DNA of 64,000 bases from Leucoraja erinacea (lineage: Eukaryota). The position numbers and the translations under genes were made by a program. The DNA is taken from contig NC_073380.1 in assembly GCF_028641065.1 (NCBI RefSeq), positions 70,370,001 through 70,434,000 of the forward strand, written 5' to 3'. Of this stretch, positions 25,425-37,635 are shown piece after piece. Position 1 is the first letter of the stretch; each line of letters starts with the position of its first letter. Under the pieces are notes generated by a model, which saw only the letters and a list, made by a program, of their open reading frames with translations, made no database searches and was not told the DNA's origin.

Positions 25425-27500
25425 TGTAATGAAAGGTATTACCTGCCTCCAAGTTAAAGGGGGAGGAGTATTATGTATGTAATATAATTGGTGTTACCGG
25501 CCTCCAAGTTAAAGGGGGAGGAGTGTTAGGTATGGGATAATTAGGATAAGTAATTGGTGTCTTGTGATGTCTGGGGCAAGTACGCAGGAGCAAAAAAGAC
25601 AAGGTGGCGTCCTGCAGTAAAGAAGCTTGTATGATTCCTCCCGTGTCCGAGCCTTTATTCAAGACTGTTCAAAGCATCCGAATACACAACAATTGGCGAC
25701 GAGGATAAAAGAACGAAGATAAGAACAAGGCCAGCAAGAAGAATCGAAAACAAAAGTTAAAAATAGAAGTAGTATTTGGAAACAAGTGGAACAGCACCAA
25801 GCCAAATGGTTTTGAATTGGCGCCAAAAAGAAAAAAGGTAGGAACGGGAAGCAATAGCTCAGGGAAGAGCTAGGAAAACAAGCAGGGGCAGTAAGGGTCA
25901 CCAAGCACGGTGTCAGCTTACCTGGAATGTATCCAGGGCTGTGCAGCCCACAGCCAAGCCCAAGCAGCAGCCACAGACGTCGGGTGGGGGCCTAGTACCG
26001 TGAAGGCCACGGACAGGTCCAGAAAAGCCACCGACAAGAGGGCCGTGTAGCCCACGGCCAGCCCCAGTAGCAGCCACAGACGTCAGGTGAGGGCCTAGTA
26101 CCGTGTAGGCCACGGACAGGTCCAGAGAGCCACTGACAGAGGCTGAGTCTTCAGCCCAACTGGGAACAGTCAACCCGGTGGGGGGAGAAAGCAGAGAAAG
26201 CCCGGTCGGGAGCAGAGTCAGCCCGACCGTGAACAGAGAAGCGGAGATAAGCCGAGTTCCGCCCGGGGATTTAAAAAAGGCGCACACAGCACCGGAAGCG
26301 AGGAAAAAGACGGACGTTGACTTGCGGCTAAAAACTTGAACAGTATAATCTAAGAGTGTCCTAAAAACTGCCGCGATCGCCAGCGAAGGCATGCAGGACT
26401 GATTATCTACAGCACCCGATTGGCAGCCAGTTTTTCACCTGCTAAAAGACTAAACTGTTAAATACCTTAAGACCTACAACATCCAAATGGCTTCAAAGTA
26501 ATGGCTGAAGCAATAAATCAAGTGAAACTGTCAATTAATTGCTGAATCTGCCAAAATAAAAGGAGAAAAAAAATGGAAAATAAGTGGTTTGGTCATTGAG
26601 TGAAATCCAGTTCATCATTTCGGGATGGATGAATCAGATCCCTTTCAAGCGGGGAATCTGCACAAAAATATTAGAAGACTTGACAGTGAAAAACTGCTGT
26701 GACCAGGATATCTGGAAACCTGGAAAAGAGACAGTTAATTCAAGATAAATCATGGCTGATGAAGTTACTGGAAAGTCAGCTGAGCAGCTCAAGGTGGAGA
26801 GGACAACAGCAAAACGGGCATTCTCTCGTCTTGTTAACAGCATCATTAGGAACAATAAAGAAATGTCTGAAGAGGAGCTCAGGAACAATTTCAACAAACT
26901 CATGCAAGAGGCCAAAAAAGTCATGGAAGCCAATGACGATGTGGAGGCTGGACTCATTGCAGAGCTGGAGGCGGAGCTGGACGCAGATGAGGAAGCTATG
27001 TTAACTGAACAGCAAAAAGCTGACCTGGCAAAGACTGCAAAGGAGTGTGAGTCGAAACTAAAAGAGGTCAAAGGGCTCATCCAGGACACTCTACGGGCAA
27101 ACTTTGGAAATGTTGAATTATCCACCTCACTACAGACAGCAGATGGTGCATGTGAACTTGCTGCTGCCACCGCACCATCAAATAGCAACCAAGAAGCATA
27201 TGAATTCATGCTTAACCACCTGCAGAAACTGGTAGAGACTGCAAAGGAGACGTACAGTCGGTGGAAACGTTGGGTCCCTCTGGATGAGCAAGAGAGCTTC
27301 CAGAAACACCTAAGAACACTCGAGCTTCTCGTCCCCAAGCTGGTTTCCAGGAAGGCTGACTTCATACAGGCAAGAATAAAGAAGGACGCTAAAGGATTAG
27401 CACAAGCCAAGGATACAGGAAGACTGTTGGTGACTGTGAGAAAGGGGAGTAACTGTAGTGCAGGAGACCCAGTGGCTGTGCCAATTGAAAACAGGTACAC
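25425..27500 (+). mobile_element. 3'-truncated LTR retrotransposon: LTR, PBS, leader and gag-like ORF
   Basis: LTR ends ...CAACA at 25691. PBS TGGCGACGAGGAT (25694-25706) is complementary to the tRNA-Ser(GCT) 3' end. Followed by a repetitive leader and a coiled-coil ORF from 26752. Confidence 0.72.
26752..27500 (+). pseudogene. Truncated gag-like N-terminus (BEL/Pao-like); the ORF reads through into unrelated repeats to 27777
   Basis: MADEVTGKSAEQLKVERTTAKRAFSRLVNSI... is helical and resembles the N-termini of fish BEL/Pao polyproteins (recalled, not searched). Confidence 0.55.
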
Positions 27501-27607
27501 CCATTTGGGTGTTCAAGAAGGAACTGCTGATGCTGGAAGATCGAAGGTACACAAAAATGCTGGAGAAACTCAGCGGGTGCAGCAGCATCTATGGAGCGAA
27601 GAAAATA

Positions 27608-27641
27608 GGCAACGTTTCGGGCCGAAACCCTTCTTCAGACC
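27608..27641 (-). ncRNA. Minimal type I hammerhead ribozyme motif within Penelope terminal unit 27510-27641
   Basis: GGU CUGAAGA A GGGUU UC GGCCC GAAAC GUU|GCC: intact core, stem II, palindromic ACGU stem III, stem I GGU/GCC. Confidence 0.7.
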
Positions 27642-30600
27642 ATTTGGGTGCTGTCTGGGCAGACGACGCTTACAGTCCGAGTGGGGGACACATGGTGGCT
27701 CCAATCCTAGCGATGAGACTCGACTAGCGAGACCGACGTCGCGCAGAGCTATAATGGTGGATGACTCCATTGTCTGAGGTGCGGACATGAGATTCTGTGG
27801 CAGCAGACAAAACTCCCAGATGGTATGTTGCCTCCCTGGTGCCAGGGTTTAAGATATCACAAACCAAATTCAGAACATCCTCGAGAGGGAAGGTGAACAG
27901 CTGGCAGAGTTGTGCACGTGGGCACAAACGATGTCTGGAAGAAGAGGAAGGAGGTTCTGTAACGCAAGTTTGGAGAGTTAGGAAGATGACTGAAAATCAG
28001 GACTTCTAAGGTGGTTATCTCTGGATTGCTTCCCGTACTTCGTGCTAGTGAGGGCAGGGAGATAGGGGATCTGAATGTGTGGCTGGGGGCTGGTGCAGGT
28101 AGCAAGGATTTAGATTTATAGACCACTGGGATCTCTTCTGGGATAGGGGTGACCTATACAAAAAGGACGGGTTACACCTTAACTGGAGTGGAACCGACGT
28201 TCTGGCAGGCAGGTTTGCTAGGGCTACACGTGTGTGTTTAAACTAAATAGTGGGGGGAAGAGATTGACATATTGGGAGTATAAAGATGGAGTTGAAGGGG
28301 AAGTGAGTACAGGAAAAGTTACAAAAGACTCCCAAATTAATCTGAAGGAAAGTTCGAGAAGGGATCAGAGAGTAAGGTCAGAGCCAATAGTAACCGTTTT
28401 GAGAGGGGAGGTGAATACCGAAGTCAAAGTGTTGCATATAAATGCGCGAAGTATAAGAAATAAGTGGATGAGCTTGAGGCTCAGTTAGAAATTGGCAAGT
28501 ATGATGTTGTGGGAATTACAGAGACATGGCTGCAAGAGGGCCAGGGCTGGGAACTGAATATTCAAGGGTATACCTCCTATCGAAAAGACAGATAGGTGGG
28601 CAGAGGGGGTGGGGTAGCTCTGTTGGTGAGGAATGAAATTTAGTCCCTAGCGAGGGGTGACAGAATCAGGAGATGTAGAGTCAGTATGGATAGAACTGAG
28701 GAATTGAAAGGGTAAGAAGACCCTAATGGGAGTTATCTACAGGCCCCCAAACAGCAGCCTGGATATACGGTGCAAGTTGAATCAGGAGTTAAAATTGGCA
28801 AAAGTAGCAAAGGTAACGCTGCAGTTGTTATGGGAGATTTCAACATGCAGGTAGACTGGGAAAATCAGGTTGAAACTGGACCCCAAGAAAGGGAGTTTGT
28901 GAAGTGCCTCCGTGATGGATTCTTAGAGCAGCTTGTACTGGAGCCTACCAAGAAGAAGGCAATTCTGGAATGAACCGTTGATAAGGGAACGCAAGGTAAA
29001 AGGAGCCATTAGGAGGTAGTGACCATAATATAATAAGTTTTAATCTATAATTTGGGAGGGAGAAGGGTAAATCGGAGGTCTCAGTATTACAGTTGAACAA
29101 AGGGGACTATGAAGCCATGAGGGAGGAGTTGGCTAAAGTTGACCGGAAAGATACCCCAGCAGGGTGACAGTGGAATAACAATGGCAGGTATTTCTGGGAA
29201 TAATACAGAAAGGGCAGGATCGGTTCATTCCAAAGAGGAAGAAAGATTCAAAGGGGAGTGAGGAGCGACCATGGCTGACAAGGGAGAGTATAAAAATAAA
29301 AGAGAAGAAATATAACATAGCAAAGATGAGCGGGAAGCCAGAGGATTGGGTAACTTTTAAAGAGCAACAGAAGATAACTAAAAAGGCAACACAGGGAGAA
29401 ATTATGAGGTACAAGCTAGCCAAGAATATAAAGGAGGATAGTAAAAGCTTCTTTAGGTATGTGAAGAGGAAAAAATTAGTTAAGACCAAAGTTGGACCTT
29501 TGAAGACTTAAAAAGGTGAACTTATTATGGGGAACCAGGAAATGGCAAGAATGAACAGGTTCTTTGGATCCTTCTTCACTAAGGAGGACACAATCTTCCT
29601 GATGTACTAGTGGCCAGAGGATCTAGGGTGACAGAGGAACTGAAGGAGTTTCACATTAGGCAGGAAATGATGTTGGGTCGACTGATGGGACTGAAGACTG
29701 ATAAATCCCCAGGGCCTGATGGTCTGCATCCCAGGGTACTTAAGGTACTTAAGTGGCTTTAGAAATCGTGGATGCATTGGTGATCATTTTCCAATGTTCT
29801 ATAGATTCAGGATCAGTTCCTGTGGATTGGAGGGTAGCTAATGTTATCCCACTTTTTAAGAAGGGCGGCAGCGAGAAAGCAGGGAATTATAGACCAGTTA
29901 GCCTGACATCGGTGGTGGGGAAGATGCTGGAGTCAATAATAAAAGATGAAATAACAGCACATTTGGATAGCAGTAGCAAGATCGGTCTGAGTCAGCATGG
30001 ATTTACGAAGGGGAAATCATGCTTGATGAATCTTCTGGAATTTTTTGAGGACGTAGCCAGGATAATGGACAAGGGAGAGCCAATGGATGTACTGTACCTG
30101 GACTTTCGGAAATCATTTGATAAGGTCCCACATAGGAGATTAGTGGGCAAAATTAGAGCATATGGTATTGGGGGTGGGGTGCTGACATGGATAGAAAATT
30201 GGTTGGTAGACAGGAAACAAAGAGTAGGGATTAACGGGTCCCTTTCAGAATGGCAGGCAGTGACTAGTGGGGTACCGCAAGGCTTGGCATTGGGACCGCA
30301 GCTATTTACAATATATATTAATGATTTGGATGACGGATTAAATGTAACATTAGCAAATTTACAGATGACACAAAGCTGGGTGGCAGTGTGAACTGTGAGG
30401 AGGAGGCTATAAGGATGCAGGATGACTTGGACAGGTTGGGTGAGTGGGCAGATGCTTGGCAGTTGAAGTTTAATGTGGATAAATGTGAGGTTATCCACTT
30501 TGGTGGCAAAAGCAGGAAGGCAGATTATTATCTGAATGGTGTCAAGTTAGGAAAAGGGGAAGTACAATGAGATCTGGTTGTCCTTGTTCATCAGTCACTG

Positions 30601-31290
30601 AAAGTAAGCATACAGGTACCTGCTGTACCTGTGAAGAAAGCTAATGGCATGTTGGCCTTCATAACAAGAGGAGTTGAGTATAGGAGCAAAGAGGTCCTCC
30701 TGCAGTTGTACAGGGCCATAGTGAGACCGCACCTGGAATATTGTGTGCAGTTTTGGTCTCCAAACTTGAGGAAGGGCATTCGTGCTATTGAGGGAATGCA
30801 GCGTAGGTTCACAAGGTTAATTCCTGGGATGGCGGGACTGTCATATGTTGATAGATTGGGGCGGCTGGGCTTGTATACTCTGGAATTTAGATGGATGAGA
30901 GGGAATCTTATTGAAACATATAAGATTACTAGGGGTTTGGACACGCTAGAGGCAGGAAACATGTTCCAGATGTTGGGAGAGTCCAGAACCAGGGGCCATA
31001 GTTTAAGAATAAGTGGTAAGCCATTTAGAACGGAGATGAGGAAAAACTTTTTAACACAGAGAATTGTGAGTGTGTGGAATTCTCCGTCTCAGAGGGCAGT
31101 GGAGTCTGGTTCTCTGGATGCTTTCAAGAGAGAGTTTGATAGAGCTCATGGATAGTGGAGTTAAGGGATATGGAGAGAAGGCAGGAACGGGGTACTGATT
31201 GTGGATGATCAGCCATGGTCACATTGAATGATGGCGCTGGCTCGAAGGGCTGAATGGCCTACTCCTGCACCTGTTGTTTATTGTCAATTG
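27642..31290 (+). mobile_element. Long CR1/HER1 LINE: ORF1 esterase (SGNH) remnant, ORF2 APE endonuclease and RT, 3'UTR; disabled
   Basis: RAIMVDDSIV / MVCCLPGARV / YKKDGLHLN (ORF1); [52 protein letters not shown] (ORF2); many stops and frameshifts. Confidence 0.95.
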
Positions 31291-31369
31291 ACACTGGTTT
31301 CACAGAAAAAATCTCTTAGTGATATGCTATTATACATTAGGCATGAGATTTTAGACTTGGCCAATCTCT

Positions 31370-31560
31370 TGAGAACAAAAAAAATAAACTGCTGGAGGAA
31401 CTGAGCAGATTAAATTGTTACTATGGAGGGAAATTATGTTTTGAGTCAAGACCTAGCTTAGACTAAAAGTGGAAGGAAACCAGTATAGAGAGGGGAAGAG
31501 GCAAGATAGGGGTTGGTTGGGGACAGAACCAGGTGGTGAGGAGTGAACGATGGTGGAGAC
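31370..31560 (-). mobile_element. Old Penelope terminal fragment (host of the 7-bp-TSD element)
   Basis: aaactgctggaggaactgagcag...gagtcaagacc, a degenerate copy of the unit. Confidence 0.5.
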
Positions 31561-31566
31561 AGAGGT

Positions 31567-32429
31567 TAGCAATGTTACAAAATTTTGAGATTTAAAAAAT
31601 CAAGTCTGCAATTTATCCCATCAGATAAAGCATAACAATAAGTTTAATTTGACACCAGATTCACTTTCATATCTCAAGTATTAAAAAAGTTATGACCATT
31701 TTCATACTCGGAAATTAGCATCTTGTTCCCTATTGATTTTCAATGGACATTACAAAAAAGCTGTGATCTTGGATAGTCAACAGGCCATTTCTTAAGGAAA
31801 GATTAACATTTTTAAATAGCCTAAGTGTCCAAAGATTATTCACAAATAATTCACAATATAACATGATTTTTATATCTAATTTACATTAATTTATAGGCCA
31901 AATGGAAGGAATTTAGTGTTCAATTGCTGTAAATAAATGCCCATTTAAATCGGCTTTCTAGTGGGTTCATGTGGAACGCGCCGGTTTAGAACGTTGACAT
32001 AGCGCTGGATCAGTGCCCTCAAGTGCCGAGAAAAATACTGCGGGATATAAAAAGCCCAAAATGAGCTATTCGTTATAGATAATTTGATATATAGGGTTAT
32101 ATATATGCCCCATTTAATGTAAAAATAAGGTACATACCTTTAATTGTTTGCTCTATAAAACCCTGGGGCTGCGAGAGGTTGCGAGATGAAACAGTAATTT
32201 TAAATCTATTAGAACTATATTATCGAGGCCTATAAAACTAATAATACCTTTTGCGACCGGGTCTTGCAGCGATTTTTCGTTAATGATTTACTAGGCTGAA
32301 CATGTGCGATTAGTACAGCCTAGTAAAAATCGCGTTTTAAACCCGCCCCCTCCAAACAGCGCCAAAATCGCGGGCCTGGCTGAGGGCAGATTCCCAATGG
32401 CGATTCAGGTAGGTTTTGTAACATACCTA
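31567..32429. mobile_element. Non-autonomous TIR DNA transposon, TAG...CTA ends, 7-bp TSD
   Basis: TIR TAGCAATGTTACAAAA vs TAGGTATGTTACAAAA (14/16). CAGAGGT is duplicated at 31560-31566 and 32430-32436. Confidence 0.8.
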
Positions 32430-32499
32430 CAGAGGTGGATGACCAGAAACACAAAGGCTACGTACTGGAATCTGGCAAGTACCCTTGGCATCCTGCTGA

Positions 32500-32895
32500 T
32501 CACTTTCTTGTCACCCCTCCCTCCCCCTCCCCTCCACCACTTGATGCCACCAACCCCCACCCCTGGCACTCACCTCCCCACCTTCTTTCTCCCCTCCCTT
32601 TTCGGCTTGTTTCCATGTGCCTGTCTCCCAACTCCACATCTTTCCCTCCCCCTCACTTGATTCCTCCTGCCCAGCATTTGTCACTCTTCCATGGGCCTCC
32701 TTCACCGACCGGCCGCTCTCACTCCTCTCCCTCCTTTTTTACACCAGCAATCTTTCCTTTCCACTCTCAGTCCTGATGCAGGGTCTCGACCCGAAACATC
32801 AGCAATTCCTTTACCTTCACAGAAGCTGCTCAACCCACTGAGATATTCCAACCATTCGGGTATTTTTTGCTCCAGATTACAGCATCTAGAGTCTT
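32500..32895 (+). mobile_element. Penelope 3' region (pyrimidine-rich) and terminal unit
   Basis: ctctcagtcctgatgcagggtctcgacccgaaacatc...gctccagattacagcatct. Confidence 0.65.
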
Positions 32896-33192
32896 GATGT
32901 CCTCCAGCCCCGACGTCGGACTTCCATCACCCCGGCAAGCGGGCCTGAACATCGGGCCGCCCGTAGCGGCAACAGCGGGGGTTCGGGAGCCCCCCCGACC
33001 ACGGGAGGACAACAGAAGAGGATGACTGAATTTTGGAGCTTTGGGAAACTTTGATCCCGCTGTGTGGGGATGTCTGTGTTAAAGACTATCGTGTTCTGTG
33101 CTCTTTATTATTCGTATGGCTGGCAACCACACATTTCATTGTACCAATTGGTACATGTGACAAATAAATGTATCTTGTATCTTGAATCTTCC
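32896..33192 (+). mobile_element. GC-rich non-autonomous retroelement 3' part with Rex1-like tail
   Basis: Ends atttcattgtaccaattggtacatgtgacaaataaa(tgtatct)n; the tail is shared with the Rex1 copy end at ~60940-60980. Confidence 0.6.
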
Positions 33193-33349
33193 AAATATTT
33201 AGAGTTCACTGTTTGACTTAAAATTAATACTTTTTCTGGATAACTCTAGTTTGTGGCAGTTTACTTTTTTACAATGTTTTGAAGTAATTTTAATAAAAAA
33301 TATCACTAACAGTTAACAATCAAAATGATGAATATGCAATACAAAATCT

Positions 33350-36300
33350 AATATGAACACATGGAATATTTATTTTATAATAGCAGTTATCCATATATTT
33401 GCACAAAATTTCAATTCATACAGATGTTTATTTGTCAATATGGTAATGCACCAAGCACAAGACAATCTAAGGTTATAAATAACAAGTGCGAGGTAAATAA
33501 GAAAATAGATCCAAATAATAGGCTTTAATTAATTGTGGACTTCATACGCTTGGTCCTAGCACAGGTCATGTGACAAGAATAAAAAATAAGACAATTAGAC
33601 CGACAACAATAAGTCCAAACCTAGGAGAAGTGATGTGGAAAAACCATCACTTTTTGGCAGCAATTTCTTCTTCAGATTTAAAGAATCAATCTGATTAATC
33701 CCCAAATCAGATGGTAAAATGGGTCAAACTACCCTAAACTGGAAATGTGAAGAGCTGTGTGATTTAGAGTAGTGCCCAAAATATTCAACTTTGTCATTAC
33801 AGATGTACCTTTTTTATTTTTTGACACTTAGATGTAAACCACTCTGAAATCAATTTCATCGGGCATCATTGCAATGAAAACAACAAAACTCTTCTCTGGC
33901 TCAAAAACAAAACTATAAAATGCCTTTTCATTAAAGTAACATCTTATCAAATACACAAAATTTGTTAAACTTCTAAAGTAATATACAGATTTCATAAAAA
34001 ATAATAGAAATGTATTCATTAGTCTTAAGTAAAATTTGATGTATATATATATTGTAATTTAAGTACAAAAGATTTATCTAAAAGTGAATACAAAAGTTAC
34101 TGAACTTTATGTAATATGTACCATATTTTGTAACACAGAGGATCATAGATGCTACAGCTGAAACAAAGTATAATTGGTAAATAAACTCAAGTAATGTGGA
34201 TACGTTATAAAATTCCTTTGGAGTTGGAAGTGCAGCATTCATTTAAGTTTCATTTCATTTTATCACCACATTACATTTGAATCCTTTTTCCAATATGTCA
34301 AATCGTTTAATTAAAAGCAACTGGATAGGATGCTACAGAAATATGCAGATGAATAAGGTAAATGTCAATATCAGTCGTAAAGGATTCTGCTAAAACTAAC
34401 AGATCAAGTCTCCAAGTGGTACCCACATTATACATCTTATAATAGCATTTCATCAAAAAGTATTACCAATGCCAATTTGGTAAATGTTTTTTTTAAAACA
34501 AGGCATATTTAAACTGAAAGATTGAAATTGGGTATATATGGTATAACATTGTGTCCTGTGCTTTTCTGTGGATCCATTTGCTCTGGAAGCCACAAAATGA
34601 AAATGAACTATTGCAAGAAAACATCATGCTAATTATGCTGTTATGCTAATTCCACAAAGGAACACGAAGCATACCAACTTTGGTGTGCATACATTAACTT
34701 TTTGAGAATATGAATTACTCAATATTGTCTCAGCACCAGATTCATATCTGTTACCCTCCCCCTCCCTAAAAATACAATATGGTAACTTGGAATTGAGCAG
34801 CTTTTGGATGCCTGAATTTCCACATAATCAATTTACTGAAGACATTTAAAGTATTAGAACAGGCAAGTGACTAAACTTAATTATTCCACTTATTGTTACA
34901 ATCATAAATATGGTTGAACGAGACCGATTGAATTAATGAACCCAGACTGATCCCGATCGTCATGCATTGCAGATATCATTGTTTTCTTTGCTTTTGATTT
35001 TTCATGGTTTCATTGTTGTAGTTTAAAATACTTTGTAATAATGATTTTCTATATTTTAGCCAAAGAAACATAATTGCCCTTGTCATTGGTTATAATTGTT
35101 ATTTATCACCTGGCCTTGATTGGACATGTGTGAAGTCTACAACATACTTGGGTATTTTTCAGCTTTACCCTTTGCTACTTTGACACTATGAACAACGGAT
35201 AATTTTCTTATGATGTCATGACTTTTCTACCATTCCACATTAAATGTTTATCAATAATGTGAAGAGGGCAGGAGTTGCAACAAATCCATTGTGATCTAGT
35301 ACCCTAAACTACAGAAGAGTTCACAGTCAAACAGACAGCATTATCTCTTCGGTGTTGAGAGGGGGCATTGAATATGTTTAACTTGTATCCATGTCTAGGA
35401 AAACAAATCCCTTATTCAACAGGCTATTTAATAGAAAACCCCACAAGGAACTGTGTTCTATCTAATTTGAGAGGACCATGATCTGATTAAAAGTGCTTGT
35501 CAGTGGATCAAGCTTGATTGTACATTCACCACTCGAAGCATTGCCGTCATAACTGACCAATCTGTGTTTTGAACACTTGCAGGAGTGACCAGTTTCTGAA
35601 GCTGATATGTGGGAGAGCAGTTACTTAAATTTCTCCACTAAAATATCACGGGAACAACTTGTCTATGGATTAGCAATTCAAAGCCTCAATCAAAGCTTTA
35701 AATTATTAGACAGTTTGATTTTTGGTACATAACTATAGGAAGACCACAGTGATATAGGAGAGTAATGTACTTCCCAGTCATTACAAATGTTCAGTGCTTA
35801 ATAAACCTAAACCAGTGAATTTGTGCTTTTCTTTAACTTAAGAAGTGCAGTTAAGATTAATTTCTGGTGCGTTGTGTTAAATTAGACTCTCGATCAGAGG
35901 TTAACATTCCAATTCTTCACAAATTTTTACAGCCATCTTTTGAAAACAAGTTTTATGCTTATAGGAAAACAGGTTGTTTGCCTGTTAGAGTAACAGCAAG
36001 ATATAGGTACAGTAGGAGGAAGGTAATTAAATTATAGTTTGTAAAACGCTTCAGTAGGCTGAAGCTTAAAAAGGAAAAAAAACTCAAGAGGAATACAATG
36101 GCTGTGAGGTGCCTGCAGACAATCTAATCTCCTTTGCATTGGGATAAGACCAGGCAGCTGCTGCTAATCTCTGCCAAATCTCAGTGTTGTGCTTGCTTCT
36201 GCATTAAAGGGGGGGGAAAAATTGTGTTCATGCCAGAGATTGGCAGATGGGAACAAATGTTTGCCTGCATTGCACACTTGCAAAATCAAGCCGTTCTTAG

Positions 36301-36939
36301 ACAGCTTTCATGTAGTTTTATTTTTAAAAGACCTTCTAGCAAACTCTTACATGTGGTAGTCTCCACATGCCTCTTGCATTAAGAAAGCATCTCCAACAAG
36401 AAATATTCTTCACCAGTTTTCTTTGACCTTTCGGATTTCTGTAGTTGTCTGCCACTGTCCCTCCAAACAATGCAACGTGCATTACACCATTGCAATTAAC
36501 GATCATATCCTTTACTTTTACAAACACAATTTTTGATCCATGGTGCTAATTTATAAGTAATATGCTAATTTGTAGTAAAGTAATTTCTAGCCCTCCATCT
36601 TTAAGAAATGAAGATGTTGTCTTTACTCTCCCACGATGTAAATGATAGGTGTACTGTTTGCAGCTTTCAAGTTTAAACCATTATTTTTGCTTGAAAATGG
36701 GCTATCATTAGCAAAATAAATCTTGCAAATTTTCTACTCATAAATTCAAAAATGATTTTGCAGTCTTAAAAGCCCTTTTCATTAATTCTCAGGAGTAAAT
36801 GTCACAGAATATTTCCTCCTTGCATTCTATTTACATTTGAAGAAACGTCAAGCAACAAATGATTTTAAAGTAGAAGCCTAAATTGTGTCTCAGCAGATAT
36901 TTAGGAGATATAGCAGTCAAACACCAGGATCAGCATGTA
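33350..36939 (-). other. Probable long 3'UTR of the PAG1-like gene
   Basis: About 3.6 kb of AT-rich sequence with no recognisable TE directly after the stop codon. AATAAA on the minus strand at 33374-33369 is followed by GT/T-rich sequence; there is an alternative AATAAA at ~33818-33813. Confidence 0.55.
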
Positions 36940-37284
36940 CTATTTCTGATCCATGTCATGAATGCTTTCATAATCATTCTCTCCTAGGCCGGTGGACTGC
37001 TTTCCAGTAGATTCAGCTTTCTCTTCTGGTGGAACCTCTTTCAGAGCTCTGATGGCTGCATATCCGGGATCAACATCATCTCCTTCCACCACTGCAGATT
37101 CATTCAGGTGTGGGACTTCAGGTACTTCTTCATAGTCAGTAACAGATGCATAAAGATGGTTAGGCGTACATGGATATCTTCCAGGGGTTACTTCATCAAT
37201 GCAGGCGTAACCAGCTTCCTGCTCTGTGTCTGTTTGAAACCATGGCGGTGCTGATTTACTCACAGTGGAGTACATGGCTGCAAT
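36940..37284 (-). CDS. PAG1: PAG1-like last coding exon (Csk-binding IAAMYSTV motif, C-terminal ENDYESI)
   Basis: ttttgccccAG|IAAMYSTVSK...LYASVTDYEE...DPGYAAI...ENDYESIHDMDQK*, matching human ISAMYSSVNK / LYATVKDFE / EPDYEAI / ENDYESISD. Confidence 0.93.
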   Translation of the reverse strand: MAAMYSTVSKSAPPWFQTDTEQEAGYACIDEVTPGRYPCTPNHLYASVTDYEEVPEVPHLNESAVVEGDDVDPGYAAIRALKEVPPEEKAESTGKQSTGLGENDYESIHDMDQK

Positions 37285-37502
37285 CTGGGGCAAAATAATC
37301 ATCCAAATTAAAATTCCAGATGGACAAAAGGAAGACCCATCAATAGATTTCCCCCAACTAGTTGAAGAATACACTCCACTGACGTTGATTGATTAATGGA
37401 ATATTTCAAAGTATAATACACAGCATTCCTCCACATCGTTTGTGCCAATATCATATTCATAACCTCATTTTTCTGATAGCTAAACAGTTAAGCATCATCT
37501 AT

Positions 37503-37635
37503 TGTGGAAGGAGGGTCTCAACCCGAAAACGCCACTCATTCCTTCTATCCAGAGATGCTGCCTGTCCCGCAGAGTTTCTCCAGCATTTGTGTCTATCTTC
37601 AGTGTAAACCAGCACCTGCAGTTCACTCCTACACA
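37503..37635 (+). mobile_element. Penelope terminal unit
   Basis: gggtctcaacccgaaaacgcc...ccagcacctgcagttcactcctacaca. Confidence 0.7.

Noticed and set aside
26634-27500. 288-aa minus-strand ORF
   Set aside because: Antisense shadow of the gag-like ORF, Ser/Phe-rich, with no independent motifs.
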